A model generated the notes under the pieces. The model ran no database searches and had not been told where the DNA came from. It saw nothing but the letters and a program-made list of their open reading frames with translations. A stretch of DNA of 64,000 nucleotides, from positions 1,364,001 to 1,428,000 of the forward strand of contig JAUFOQ010000001.1 of NCBI GenBank assembly GCA_040285855.1. The letters are read 5' to 3'. The DNA comes from Eukaryota sp. GEM-RC1 (lineage: Eukaryota). Below, one piece after another: positions 1 to 13,920 of the stretch. Each line of letters begins with the position of its first letter. Positions within the stretch are counted from its first letter, which is position 1. The translations under genes and the position numbers were made by a program.

Positions 1-1082
1 CCAAAGGTGGATATTGATCGTCCAATATTTTACTACCAGTACGACATGGATCCACAGCGGTCAAATCCAAAACAACTTCTTCACAATTTAACCATGTACC
101 AGTTAAATCACCACGATGTTTATCACAAATGAAAAAATCAGAAAATGCGGACAATATAATTTCAATTTTATCACAGATTTTATTTTAGTTAAGATAAACG
201 AACAAAAGTGTGTGAAACCTCTCTTGATAGATAAATGTATACTTAAGTAGTTACATAAGCTTTCGCAATAGATAAACTATCATATGATGTTGTTCGGGAG
301 ACACAATCGCAAAGTCAGCACTTGTACACAATAGCTAAACAAATTAGGTATTTGGTCAATGTACATCGAGCCACTTGGATGAACTTAGTTGGAAATGTTG
401 GCGAAGCTTCATATTGGGGCTCAAGTTGAGGTTCATCTTCAGGGGAAACATTTTATATGTCCGATTTGTAGCAAAAACTTGAATTTTATTATTAGAAGTA
501 AACAGATATTTAGACTCAAGATAAAAGCCATATGGCTCGTGAATCCGGTTTGGTGTAGATCGGATGTGTGTGGTTGTGGTATGGTTTGCCAATTGACGAC
601 GCACATCGGACATTGTTTAAAAAGACCTGAGTAATCCATCACTCAACCAATTTTCCTGATTGATCACAACAGAATGACGTTTTTTGAACTGGATCTGCTT
701 TATCATTAAATAAGCGCCACATAGGCTTTGGAATTGGTTATGCTTGGAAATATATTAAAATACTTAATGTTTCCTTAATTTCTGATGTGGTATTTAAGTA
801 TCATACAGTTCCAAAAAGAGTGATACACAAAAATGCTCTCCAAAGCTTCGATTTAATTGTTTTGAACTCATAAAAATACACGGAAGACAACCTTTCACTC
901 AACGACCACCAGTAAGAATGAATGAACGTGAAACTGTAATGGAAGCAAATTCCAAAATAATTGTCATAAATGTTGAAATGTCAACTTCCAGTAGTTGCTG
1001 TCTTCCACTCGAATTAGCTTCAGGATTCCTAAATTAATTTGAATCACTGCTTAAACGAGGAGAATTACCAATGTTATCAACT

Positions 1083-2614
1083 TTATTGAACGATTTCTAG
1101 TTCATGATCACTATAATATAATGAAGCAAATGGATAATAATTACCACTACTTAATCTGGGAAGAGTTGCAGTAAGATTAATTGAAGTATTACTCACGGAT
1201 TTGATTGTTAAAGTGTTATTAACTAGATTTGCATTGATTTCGAGTAATTCACCACGATTCCACTTAGTCTTGTTCCTTGAAAGACCAAAGCAAGCAATGA
1301 TTGAAAGTACCGTGAGCATCCATATAACATCCACTGTCAACACTAAACTTTGACTCGTCAATGACTCCAACCCAAAGATTATCAGTATCTCCCTGGTACC
1401 TCAACTTCCAAGTATAATTATTACCTGGATAAATTGGATCTTGTCCCAAGATATTTCTAAACCCAAAACTACCACTTCCAAAAACAACTCTCTTTCTATC
1501 CCCACTAACTTGTAACTGAGAATGTTTCCTAGTTTGAGAGAATCTAATCATTTTTAATGGAGGAACTGGTTGAGACACCAGTTGAGTTTCTGTAGCTGTC
1601 TTTTTTAGTTGTTCAATTTCTTGTTGTAGTTTAGTGTTATCAGTAACAATTTTAGAGTTTTCAGATTTAAAAATCTGATTATCATTAGTTAAACTAGAAA
1701 TTTGCGTGGATAACTGAGAATTTAGTTTTCAACTGGGAGTTTTCCGTTGCTAAATCAGAATTGTCGACTTCTACTTCAGTAATTTTAGTTGTTAATTCAG
1801 ATACTTTGGTTGGTAAATCAGAATTTTCTTCCCTGAATTCAGAGACTTCCTTCACCAACGAATCAAAATAAAGATTCTTAACTCTTGTAAACAAAAACTT
1901 CATCAAATCGACTTCCAATGCTTCAACATCTTTTAAGGGAACAAACAGAAACTCATCCCATTGTTGAAAAGATAAGGCTTCAATTGAACAAGAATTAAGA
2001 ATATTTAATAACTCATTCAAATCCAAGGTGTGATTCAAAATTGATTCCACCATTGATTTGATGACCCAGGACTGTGATTGAGTGGAAGTGCAATATTTGA
2101 CAAGAGTTTAAAACCCTTCAGTAGTGATTGCCATCACGCCATCAATCAACAGGTCATCAATCTTGGAAAAGAAAGGACCAACGAATTCCAGAGCTCTGAA
2201 GTCATTTCTTTCATCTGCTTCATTAATGAATGGTTTTAACCAAGCCCAGGTTACAAGATGGATGTTGAGGTGGTTTTCGACGTGGTGAACGAGTTTCTCC
2301 ACTTGGAAGTAGTGGACGAGGTAGAAGAATTCATACGCGGTGTTGGCATTAAGAGTGAAAGATCGTTCATAGAAGGACTTGATGAAGAGAAAGAAGTTGT
2401 GAGAACTAACAGGGAGATGGGAGAAGTCAATGGGGTTCTCAAGCTTGTCACCAAACTCCAAGAACCAGAGGGATCGGAAGTACGTGGAATGAGCAGCTAG
2501 TACGAACTTGTTAACTTCAATGGATTCTTCTCCAAATGTAATGGTTTGGTTAGAGAGGAAGGGTTCATCGAGAATGATGGAAAGAGTTTCGATTGAGGGT
2601 AGAGAGAATGACAT
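1083..2614 (-). pseudogene. BTB/POZ-coiled-coil-SPRY family gene, copy A (disrupted)
   Basis: ORF pieces 2108-2737, 1694-2053, 1264-1578 and 1083-1370 are collinear with intact copy D (24228-25799). BTB motif VNKFVLAAHSTYFRSLW; SPRY motifs TWKLRYQG...VGVID. Family start MSFSLP at ATG 2614. In-frame TAA at 2108 and frameshifts near 1715 and 1290. Confidence 0.85.
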
Positions 2615-2701
2615 TAGAAGCAATAGAAAAGGAGATAAGTAAATGAGACCAAAACGGGAGACCCTAGGGAGAATGTTCTTGTCTCCTTTTAACAAAACTA
2701 C

Positions 2702-3270
2702 ATGTCTAATCCTGAACCTCCACTGAAGAGTAGTCATTCATTTGATGATAATGTAACACTTACTAGCAGTTAAGTGTCCAATGTTTACTCCTCTTCTAGT
2801 ATCTCCCCCACGCAACCTGACTCTGATACACTGTTTGCTTGATTCTCATTACTTACGTCTTCTTTTTTAGTACTTACGTTTTCAGTAGTCTATATTGTTC
2901 TTGATCAATCTTCACTTGCTTGAATTTCAAGTCCTCTGTCAACATCAATCATGGAGATCTTAGTCTTGTTATTCGTCATTTGGAAGCAAGAATATCCATC
3001 ATTTTTGGAACAAGTTGTCTATGTGAACCACAGGTTGTTTGGATCTGCTCATCAACCAGTCAACGTGTTTCTTCAATCAAACACGTTTCATGAGCTGTAT
3101 CAAAACCTTCCTCAACTACATTCATTTGATCTTCTTTTTGGAAGCAGATGTACAGTCTGTTTTCTTGCACGTGATTAGGAAATTTAGAGTTGGAGAATTT
3201 CTTTGTTTTCCCCATGATTCGATGATTGCAATTAAAGTCGAGTAATCACAATGACTTGCAATTCTGGAAC
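2702..3270 (+). pseudogene. 5' fragment of LRR-family gene, head-to-head with copy A
   Basis: ATGTCTAATCCTGAACCTCCACTG resembles the start of the LRR gene at 46853. Translated pieces KQEYPSFLEQVVYVNH..FLQSNTFH and FFLEADVQSVFLH match KQDLLPFCEKLGYVSH..FFQSHTFH and FFESEVQSVFLH of 47106-48176. Confidence 0.75.
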
Positions 3271-3689
3271 AACTATGTTAGTTTTTATGCAAAAAAATTC
3301 AACATTATGTACTTGTGATGCCTTTTGTTCCGGAAATATTGCGAAAGGTATTGGAACCTAGTTTATTGCTTGGTAAAAGAAAAGACAAAGTAAAAAGAGA
3401 GTCGTCATGGTTCCAACACACGCGTGTTCATTACACTTGTTTATAACACTTGTTCATTTGTCTTTTCAACGTTAGTATTGATATCAAACAAGAATAATGA
3501 AAGGAATTTTCATTATTCAATTGTCAAAACGATATTATTCAACATTCTTTTTTTCCGATACATGGTTGAAAATTTGATTATGTATCTGTATTTGGACTTA
3601 TGGTTCAAATTGGGGAGTTTTTATTGGTAAAAATATGATTTTCCGGATATTACAACAATATTTCGACATAGAGTGGATGTATGATTTTT

Positions 3690-3930
3690 ATATGTCGACT
3701 CCGTAAAGCATTAACCACATCTCTATTCATACGATAATTCTGCTTTTCTATCCGATTTTCAAATCGAGAGCATGATATCATGTATATTCAAGTTGCGGCC
3801 TTCTTCCACAGTCACAATGCTTCTCTCTCAAATTTACTCTCCTGTACCTTCCATCTTCCATCTGAACTTCACAAATATCAATTCCTCGGTTGATGGTGGT
3901 GTATTCAGCAGCTCTGTCGAGCATTCCAGT
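3690..3930 (-). mobile_element. MULE transposase remnant (SWIM zinc finger)
   Basis: Minus-strand translation RVNLREKHCDCGRRPQLEYT*YHAL fits a degraded SWIM CxC...CxH motif. Confidence 0.5.
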
Positions 3931-4329
3931 TAGTCAGTTGCTGTAGCTTTCGACAAGTATGAGGATTCAAAGATGTAATTACCCATACATCTCTCGCATT
4001 TTTCTTGCAAACTACAAAAAAAAGAACAGGTTGGTTGACAATATACAACTCTACAGTGTGTGGTGGCACTATGACTGTATTTAACTTCTATTCTGTCGAT
4101 CAAGTTGCCACGAATCAAACGGTGAAAATCAAAGGTAGAATGCTCTTAAAATGACTTAGGCGACAGTCGAATACAACAAGTATGAAATCAAGTTTCAATA
4201 AAAGGGAGATCACCCGGGTCACCCCAGACCTCTTTGATGGGTGACATCACCCAGGGTGGGGTGAATTGGGAGCCCTAGTCATGACTCGTCGCGTCGTTGG
4301 CTAACTCTAATTTTATTTTCAATTTCGAA

Positions 4330-5600
4330 GTATTGTCGAAACAGCCAACAAAGTAGTTGATTTTGTTGTTGACAAGCCTTTCATCCGGAACCTTTTTGAA
4401 AAAGTCAACCAGAAGAAATTGAAACGCCCTTCTTTGACAAGGTTTTACACTCAATGTGACGTCATTGAAAGAGTACATGCAGTGTACCAAAATGTCAATA
4501 ACACTCTACCGAATTAAGAGTATATCAGCTGGGTTTCTAAGCCACAACAATCTAGAATTAGAGATCTATCTGCTGACGTCAAGCGAATAGTTGCTGATGA
4601 TGATTTTAAGGTTCAGGTAAAATTATTAATTGACTTCTTACGACCAATCATTGACTTAATGCTAAAAATGGACAGTCTAACGCCAATTATTGGAAAATTG
4701 TAATTATGCCTCGAACTGGAAGAGCTGAGATTATCGACAGCTCAGTGACCCGTCCTTGATTCAGGTGAAATTGGTCTGTGGCAGTAGTTCTTCTTTCTTG
4801 TAAAGAACTGGAACAACATCGGGAATGCTTTCTTTATTAAAACTATTTCTGCGAGAAAAAATAGGGAGAGGAGATGCTGTTACAACAACATCATGACTCT
4901 CGGAATGCGGAGTACTGCTACTGTCAGCATCGATTACTCTATACTTCTCTAACAAGCTTGGGATACCGTCTGAAATTACAGAGGGAGTATCCAAACCCAC
5001 TTCGCCGTCCTTGCGGGAAGACGATTCCATCCTCAGATGAGCATCCACCTTCAGGTTGAACATCTACAACTCTACGAGAAGTAGATTCACCAACCTCAGG
5101 TAAGATTTCCGTCACCTCCTGGTGGGAAGTGGGGCTTCTATCCGTCCTCAGATGGGTCACTTTCAAAGTCCGACGAGTCAACTGACTCTTCTGTCTCAGG
5201 AACCAATGGCTCCTTTCGACGGGATGACACTTTGGAGCTAGACTTAGATCTAGTCAACGGTTTGTTTCTATGATTAGTTTTGTTTCCCGCTTTTGGGGGC
5301 TTAGTAGTCCTTTTCTTCACCATCTTGGACAATAATTATTGATACCGTTTGGCTACAAAGGGTAGGGAAAAGATGTTTATAAATAAAATAATATGATCTT
5401 GCAACACTTCACTAACACCTGTGGCTAACACTGAACTAGAACATGTATCAGTTTTTTAAAAAATCGACGAGCTTGCTTGATGAACTCTACGTTTATTCAT
5501 GAGTGCATTGACCTTTCATTTGGTAAACCAAGAAGATTTAAAAAACGCCATAGAAGAACGATTGTATTATACACTGGCCTATCTAGTCGTGTTTCATAGA
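4330..5600 (+). mobile_element. hAT transposase remnant interrupted by an LTR element
   Basis: KKLKRPSLTRF and DDDFKVQVKLLIDFLRPIIDLMLKMDSLTPIIGKL resemble hAT core motifs. The frame continues as CLWLTLN after 5418 when 4712-5420 is removed (CCT at 4709-4711 and 5418-5420). Confidence 0.55.
4712..5417 (-). mobile_element. 3'-truncated LTR retroelement (one 78-bp LTR at 5340-5417 plus degraded GC-richer ORF)
   Basis: The LTR starts TGTTAGTGAAG on the minus strand, the same terminus as the 61330-62418 element, and ends in CA. It is followed by ATAATTATTG and a broken ORF MVKKRTTKPPK. No second LTR was seen. Confidence 0.65.
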
Positions 5601-6907
5601 CTTTAAACCAGAATTCTGTTTACAGATACAACTAAGTGAATAAAATGACACAGTACCCACAATGTTAACTTTAAGAATTTTTTAGAATTTTTTTAGAGAA
5701 TTATTACACATTTCCCCTTCCCATTTTAGGCATGTGCCTAATTGCAGGACCTTTAAACAAGCATTTAATGAAAGTGTTGATTTCATTAAATAAAATGTAC
5801 AGTGTATTCAAGTGAAAGTGTTGTATAGATGATGAAAATTAGTTTGATAAATGCTACACCGTATAAAGCAGCTTTAAACGCTCAGAAAATTACCAAAAGA
5901 TAAATATATCAGAAGATAATAGCGATGACACTGAAATCAACAGAAACGTCTATTCAGTGGTTTAGTTTAAATTGTTCTTTTGAATCTATTCTCATCTAAG
6001 AAACACAATCATTTTAAATACTGATGAAAAACTATACTAATTTAAAAAAGTTCAAATGGAGTTAATAATTAACAGATTAAATATCTGTTGTACTTATATC
6101 TAATAATCAATACCCTCAATATTAGAAATTTCACCAGTCTGATCTTCATAATGTCGGATGAGAAATAAATCATTCAAAAATGCAGTCATTTAACCTTTAA
6201 AACACCAAACATGTTTGGATTTATCAAAAATCTACAATCAAGAGCCCTAAATGATGCTTAACATTTTCAAACAAAGTTTGCAAGTAATAATGTTGCATAT
6301 TTATTCAAACGACGATGTAACTAAAATACAAATGGATACAACAAGTAAATTGAGTAACAAATGGAATTCAATAATTTCAATTGATCAGACTTGTTTCACT
6401 TGAAAATCTTTCATCATGTCAAGGACGGTTCTTAGAATTAGATCTGGCAAATTTCTAATTGTAATCATTACAAACATTCGATTGACATAACAATAGCAAA
6501 AATCGAGGATCAATCAAGACTAGGATTCCACATATGTATTTTCAAACGTTTTGTCAACATCAATGTCATCAAACAAATTAGCAAAAAGGAATCTATCCAG
6601 AAGATTTAGACAGACATCATAATTGCTTCAGTCTTCGTCATAGGACAAAGATTTGATGTGTTTCTTGTTTGTGTATTTAGTCAGTTATGTATTTATTTCG
6701 TCTACATTTTATATATACTTATGTAAACGGTGACATTATTTTGAGCTAATCAATGACTGTGCTACTTTCTTCTAAATGAAGTGTTTATTGTAAGAATCAA
6801 CCCTATTTTACAGAATTGTTGGACTTCCTGGATGTGGAAAACATAATGAAGAACAGGGATGTACCAATCAGAGAATATGTCTACCATCATCAGTTGACTG
6901 CAACGAC

Positions 6908-8857
6908 TCATAGCCTATGAACCTGAAATTTGAAATTTTTCCATTCAAGTTTGAACTTTACTTTACGGTCCTTATGCTGACAGTAATTTGTCAACCGTTT
7001 AAATTCAACATTAGCTAACTCGAAATCCTGGCCACTTACCATTTCAAAGCTTCTATCATCACAAAAAAATATGTAATTCTTCTCTTTGTCGGTAACATGA
7101 TCAAAAATTGGATTAAAACATACAAATTCCGCATCGATTGTTAATCCTTGTAAACAAGCAATATAGTTTTTTGGACGAGTGACATTGAAAAGAATGGACA
7201 ATTTAGTACATTAAGTCCGGCATGCGAGAACTCTGCGCTCTGAGGACCCATTTGGAAGAATAAGCATTTTTGCATGTTAAATTTTTTAAATTTCTTCTTA
7301 ATTTCGTTTTTGGATGGTTTGTCCTGTCTAAGTTTAACTTCCAGAGGAATCCATATTTGATCACCTTCATTTCCAAAATCACCATCTTGTGTCACCCATG
7401 CAGGTATATAAAGATCTGGACCAGGTATATTTGCGCCACAGAAGACAATTTTGTCATATTCTCCCAGATTTTTTAATTTGCTGACAGGTTTGCCACTCAA
7501 TCGACATGAAACCAAAGGCTTTAGCGTCAAAGTATCCAAATGGTCCGGCTTACCCGATTTCACAGATGCCAACGTAAGTGTTCCTTCGAAGACTTTTCCA
7601 AGATCTGTGAATACTTGATTAGCCGAGGCACCTGAGTCATACCAAACTGAACATAGTACCAAAGCTAAAGCAACGAGTAATTCGAGTAAGAATCCCTTAG
7701 ATGACTCAATGAGAGGAGCATTGGTCGGTGCAATTAAAGCAATCAAAGATTTACACACTAAAGAGACAAATTCAAGATACTTATGGTTTGTGCCAAACTT
7801 CTTTGCAATAATGTGGAGAGCCTGAAACAAACAGTTTTCATTTAATGGTGGAGCCAAAAGACATTTAGAAAATACGTCAGAATTAAATGGTGCAAAAGGA
7901 GAAACACCACTGGGGGGTAGCAAAATGGCAACACCTCCTTTCAGTAAATCATGATGATGTATAGCATCTAAATAACCAAAAGCTTCACCTAGAGCAATAA
8001 GGCATATCGACTGTAGAAACACTGAAGTTACATCGAGATTCAACAATGTGCCTTGGTCAAAATTCGACTGAGTTCTGTCAAGTTTCGTCAAAATAAAGCG
8101 CTTCATTCGCTCTAAAGCTTCTCTCTTACAGTAATCGTCATCATAATAATCTTTGCCCTTAAGATTTTTTTAAGATATGTTCTTCTTGATTCTTATAGTA
8201 TTTGAATTGCCCAGCCCACAAAGGAAACCCACGAAAACGTTGTTGCAGCTGCTCATCTGCTAAGTCATTTGCCAAATCGGAAGGATCCAAGAGAACCAAG
8301 GGAGCAAGAGAAAGTCTAGTAATACCAGACGTCGCCATAGAAGGCCTGGTACCCGTAAAAGTCGAGTGAGGTATTGTCGATAAAGCACTTGCATCTGTAT
8401 CGGTAATGACACAAACGAGTGGTTCTCTAAAAAGAGACTCTAAACGAAGTAATGCAAGAATCACACATTGTCTGAACGCAGCAAACATCTGTTGACTTGC
8501 AAATGTAAGACCTTCATCAATGTAGACAACAAGGAACTTTTTATCCACTTTTGGTTGGAGAATGACATTTGCAGTGTTAGTGTTTAACTTGGTTACAAAC
8601 AAAATGTTGTTAGCCAGATTCGAAATTATGGTGTTTGCTATTCTGTTAATGAAGGAGCTGTGGTTGATGTCATTGAAATCTGAATACACGTGCTCTCCAT
8701 AAGGTTCAAATTCACCAATAGCTGCTGACTTCAAGGGAGTATCACCGAAAGCGGAGCTAACCATGAAGCATACACACTGTACGTTTTCACTGTAGTTATC
8801 GACCAAGGACTTGGCACTGTGTGTCTTACCAACACCAGAACGCAATCTCTTCATCAA
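6908..8857 (-). pseudogene. Crinkler/RHS-type P-loop ATPase plus restriction-endonuclease-fold protein (frameshifted)
   Basis: Walker A SGVGKT and Walker B LVVYIDE in 8159-8857; NIPGPD...IPLEVK PD-(D/E)xK-like motif in 7141-8106. The ORFs join if one base is removed from a 7-base A run near 8165-8171. Probable further shift near 7200; N-terminus upstream of 8857 degraded. Confidence 0.65.
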
Positions 8858-9899
8858 TCTTCATTCCTCATGAACTTGACTGTTACGATTTTAACTGATG
8901 GTACAAAGTCTCTTTTTTCCCAGTTTTACTGGGATCTTCTCTACTGCAAAAATGAAGTTTGGTTTGTCATCATTTTGGTTTGTTCTGGGCATTTCTATCA
9001 AAAGATCAAAAGTTATCGGGGTTGTTGTATTTTACCAGGTTTCTTTTCTTTTGTTGGCTTAAGCAAATGACAATGTTTTTGGTAGTAATGTCGATGATCT
9101 GATAGAGAATATCATTCTAATAAAAGTCGGTTTCGGAGGTTTCTTTTAAACTAATACAATGGCTATATACTTGAAGTTTTATCTAGTGAAAGAACGACTG
9201 AACAAGATCTGCAAATTTGGAATTCAGATTGAACAGAATCGTCAGAGGAAATCCCACTGCAAAATACTGCAGACTTTGACTGGCTTTACTTGAATGTGTT
9301 CTACTTTAACAATGTAAAACCAGCAAAATAACAGAACGTCAAAGGGGGTTCAGTACAAATAGGTGTCCAATGTATCAAATTTATGATGATTTGAATCGTA
9401 AAATCTGACAAAAGACAAAAGTTACGATAGAAACCATGTTAATTCTGATTAAGGTATACTTAACCAACAACAAATTTCAAAAAGCACGGTTGACAGTGTC
9501 GACTGTGATAGTGTCAACTCGACACACTTTTAATTTTTAGAACTCTAGATCTAGCCACCAACTGTGTTTCGTCAGGTAACAACAGCTGGTCAAAGAAAAA
9601 ACCTGTTGTCGTGATAAAAATCGACAATCTCTCGCAGTCTGAATGTTCTGGTTTTGAACACAGTAATGATGATGTGCAAATATTCATCAAAAACAGAATC
9701 CCGCACTTAAAATAAAGAAACCTATCCACACAGAACGTGCGGATAGGGGGGAGATGTGCTGGTGTGTGCACAGGGTAAAAGGAAAAGTATCTTTTCTGGC
9801 TCTGAAACTTTATTGTTTTGCTGAGATGCTAAGACATGAGTCAACAACACGAGACCATCAAAAGCTTGAAACTCTCATAGCCTCTGTCAGGGTTCAACT

Positions 9900-10980
9900 G
9901 GAGCTGCGTTTGAAAAACTGAACCTTCAATATTGGATATGTGTTCGTCAAAACGACATCCGTCTTTGTTGAATAGCACCCAGCAATTCTAGCCTCTCAAG
10001 CTTATCTATCCGAAGCCATATTTTCTAAAAACTCTTGCCAGTGGTAAAAACAACGTTTTCGAAGATATACTGTATTGGAAACTTTGTTCACAACGTGAGA
10101 GTCTAACTGAAACAATCAATACATAAGTGTATGACTATTCTTTTAGTATATAAACATATTTGATACATCAAAAAATCAAACATTCCTTAAACTGATATTA
10201 AAAATTGAGAGAGATGCATTAACTGACGTTGTCCGCTTCGTAAAGCCCTTTTAGCAAGTTACCACAAAATCCCTGGTTTCGAATATTGTTCAGATGGAAT
10301 CGCTCAATTTTATATGTCAAAATTGAAAGAGTATCTGATCAATCATCTTCAATCTGGTCGTGCTCGTGATTGAATATGAACAGCAGCTGATCTTATGTTC
10401 ACAAAACAAACAACATACTCAAGCAATGAAGTAGATTCATCCAACCTTTTTAAACCTGAAGATTCTGAATTCTTTTATTCTCCTTTTGAAATAAAAGATT
10501 CTGAAAACAGCAGTATCGGACGACTTGCATAAGAAGGGGAATTGATTGCAGAAGAGGACATGATTGTTAGTGATTTGCTAGATCCAAAATTTCGAAAAGA
10601 AGAATCGCCGATACACCAGCAATAGACAACATGTCAAAAGTTGTGAATTTAGCCTGGAAGATGAAGAGTTCTTTATTCCGTCTGACGATGAAAGCTCAGA
10701 TGACGAAGATGTTTTTAACCAACCACTGTGGTTATAGGCTTGCCTCGAAACATCATATCATTCATAGTAATCATACCATAAAAACAACGATTTGCTCCAA
10801 ATTTCACAAAATAAAGATATTGATCACGTGGAAGTCTCTGGATGTCAACTCTGGATGCGGTTTGTCCATTATTGAAAGTCGACAACAATTTACATAAGAA
10901 AACTCATATGGGAGGTGTCCTGCACACCAAAACTCGCCTTCCACAGTAAAGAGTTAGCCAAAGGTGTCAGTTTAATTAAA
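9900..10980 (+). mobile_element. Possible highly degraded hAT transposase remnant
   Basis: Fragments such as LTDVVRFVKPF*QVT and GGVLHTKTRLP loosely resemble hAT core and dimerisation regions; many stops. Confidence 0.3.
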
Positions 10981-12199
10981 TAGTGTGTACAATTCACTAA
11001 TATTCACCTTTTCTTTCCCTTTGTATCCTCAAGGTAAACAACAGAAAGTGTAACAAAAACTTGTGCAGATGTAAGCAACATGTACATGTTTTGGTTGTCA
11101 AAATCAAAGGGGTTTATTCTCTCCGGCGTAGCATTCGTCGTGATTTGTGTAATTCTATTCATGTTCTACATTATAATGAGCTTTCCGAAACTACTAGGTC
11201 GACAATTTTAAGAGGTTGTTCGCTTCGCGCAGTCTTTAATCACAATATCAGTGTAAAGTAGCAACCACCTTCTTTAGGGACTTTCTATCCAAGGCTTTTC
11301 TATGGCAGCCTATCACCTCTCAAAACTCTATCCTCGGAGTACATAATTTTCCAGAGTTCCAAATTTTTAGTTTGATACGGTTCAAAGCTTCATCTTGAGT
11401 TGTCGTTCGGTTGAATCTGAAAGTTTTCATTAGTCATTTCTTTTTTAATTCAATCAAAGGCTTCAAGTCATCTGATACTTCAGTATCCAATCTCGTATGT
11501 AGATTGAAATCAAATCGTTAATTCGGTCGTCATCCATCCTTCATTTTTCACTGTACACATGTGTATCTTTCTGTAACTATCAGAACCAAGAAGAAACCGT
11601 AGAAGATAGAGAGCTCATATCTGAGTATAGTACCATTGTAGGATATCCACCAGAGCTATAGGTCTGAAGAGTCGATTGATGAGACACATCAAGAAACAAA
11701 CTTCACAAATACAGAAATCATTACACGTGATAGATGATCCATCGATGTGGAAGAATTTTACAATTCAATTCTCTATTTAGTTTCTGTATCTTCCAGAATG
11801 TGGCTTCAACACTCTTACTATACCCTCTCATAAAGAAGTATCAATGATGCGTGTGTTTGAACGGATCATTATTTTATAGGGTGAGTTCTTTGATTCAAAA
11901 CACAATACACTAACCCATGTTAGAGGGTGGCCCTTCAATTGTGACAATCTTCGAATACTTTTTTAACCTATCGTATGATTGGAACACCTAGTTAATCATT
12001 CTTTATTCTTTAAATCTCGATCAAGAGATTTTGGAAAAAAGCAACGCGTCAAAAAACTGCTACAATCGTCCAGTTCATGATTAAATCTGCCACTGAGGAT
12101 GTACAAAAATATCCACTGATATCTTGTCTTCATCATTATTTAATTCATTATCTTGTTTCTGAAGGTGGAAATTCTTAAAGGAAACTTTTAAGTTTCATC

Positions 12200-13920
12200 A
12201 TTCAACTCAAATCGTGTAAAGAGTGTATGTTGTTTATTTATAGATTTTACCATTTGGAATTCACATATTTCCGTCCTATAAACATATGTCATAGATTTTC
12301 ACTAACAATGGTACCATCATTGAGGGTATAATCAACATTTACAATGGATTTTTTAATGTTTCAACGTCCTGTCCACTTTAACACAACATAAAACAATATG
12401 TTTGTATGATGCTAAAGGAACGAAATTTGTAGCATTGACTGATTGGTATGAAGTTAAGATCATCCGCGGAATTTTCAAAATTTAGTGATCTTTGCAAAAA
12501 TGACAACCGGGAAGTGCTACAAACACTGAGAAAAATATTAATTGATCTTCTACAAGGTCACTCTAACTGGTCTACGTATATTCCAACCTCCCAATTGATT
12601 ATCAACACGAGAACCAACTGAATCACTAATCACAGTCCATTCGAGTTGATTTTTGGCACCAAAACAAACCCAAGACAAAACACTAGATCCTCACTTCGAA
12701 TCCAACTCCTACGTTGAAGCCTTGAAGAACAAGACTGCCCTCCTCCATAAAAAATGGGTAGATGCACCCAACATGCCCCAAACTTGAAGAAAATGAAGTG
12801 AGCTGCTCAAAACAGCCTATTTATTGTTCCCTTGACTAACGACATTCAAGTGGGTGATCATGTTTTAAAAATGAGTGAACGCCCTTCCAAAACACACGGA
12901 AAATGGACTGGCCCCATCTAGTAGAAGCTACCGGCTTACACCCCGGCAACTGCATTCTGTTAAACCTCATTGTTGATTTATTAGCATTAATTATCATTAG
13001 AATTTACTTTTACCTTCTCCTATAAACTCTATGTTATCCAAACATCTTAATACTAGTTATAGAGGCAAAGTCAACAATTATAATTGTGACCCAACCTATG
13101 TCACCACTGTTGATGATGGGAGCAACCCATCCCTACAATCTGACCCCAGCCGCCGCCTAGTGTATGTCGCCGCTGCCATGTCTCTCCGTCCAACTAGAGA
13201 GTTGTTCGCAGATGAATATTACGATGATGAAGACGATCATGCTGACCGTCGCAGAACGATCATGGACTCCGCCCTCGGAAGGCGTGGAATCCGTTCTGAG
13301 ATCCCGATCCTAAAAAGCTTAGAGACGAACCGAATCCTCTCTTGTGTCGATGACCTTGCCGCTATCGCCGCTCAAGATCGTGCTGAACATCTTGTACATG
13401 AGGTCCAGAAGATTGACACTCAACGTCAACGGGCACTCGTCCAGTGGGTCGGTGCTTCCGAGCCCACCTAGGAACCTCTTGAAGAGATTCTCAAAACTAA
13501 AGCGTATTCTGAATTCATTAAGAACCAGAAGTCACCTAAACGTTCTTCTCCTGGTAAGAAGAACTAGCTTTTATGGCTTTATTTGTAAAATTTTCAACTT
13601 TATTCCTAAACTCCGAAGAAGAAGAGAGAAGACCAGTGTTGATTTATTAGCATTAATAATTATTAGAATTTACTTTTACCTTCTGCTATATACTCTATGT
13701 TCTATCCGAACACTTATACTAGTTACAAACCAGGTAAAGTCAACATCTTCGCCGGTACAAAGACCCGATGTTCTCTGTACAACGTCCGAAAATGCCATAC
13801 TAACTTCAGCAATGAGATGTGGAAGACTTATGCCGCTACGGATGTGGAAGCAGCTGTTGCGGACAAAATCGTCAACCACAACTTCTCCGACCCTAGAAAC
13901 CCCAAATACTTAGTCAGTAA
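12200..13920 (+). mobile_element. Ty3/gypsy integrase remnant with GPY/F region and probable chromodomain start
   Basis: NREVLQTLRKILIDLLQGHSNWSTYIPTSQLIINTR..ITNHSPFELIFGT and IQVGDHVLK..KWTGP. After removing 12971-13745 the frame reads LLNLFAGTKTR...ADKIVNHNFSDPRNPKYLV. Confidence 0.75.
12971..13745 (+). mobile_element. Miniature non-autonomous LTR retroelement (775 bp) with gag-like fragment
   Basis: Diverged direct LTRs 12971-13076 and 13637-13745, both TGTTGA...TCAACA. Purine tract GAAGAAGAAGAGAGAAG precedes the 3' LTR. Imperfect 4-bp TSD TCAT/TCTT. Internal ORF with IPILKSLETNRILSCVDDL. Confidence 0.85.

Noticed and set aside
389..642. Cys-rich short ORFs as a zinc-finger gene
   Set aside because: Non-ATG starts, incomplete ligand spacing and no supporting context.
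2108..2110. Reassigned TAA/TAG codons (hexamitid-type code)
   Set aside because: Conserved genes end in TAA or TAG at the expected positions and have no internal TAR; paralogues have Lys at this site.
2251..2500. Recurrent antisense and alternate-frame ORFs over the BTB region (also 36202-36444, 62884-63126)
   Set aside because: Shadows of the conserved BTB coding sequence; no independent motif support.
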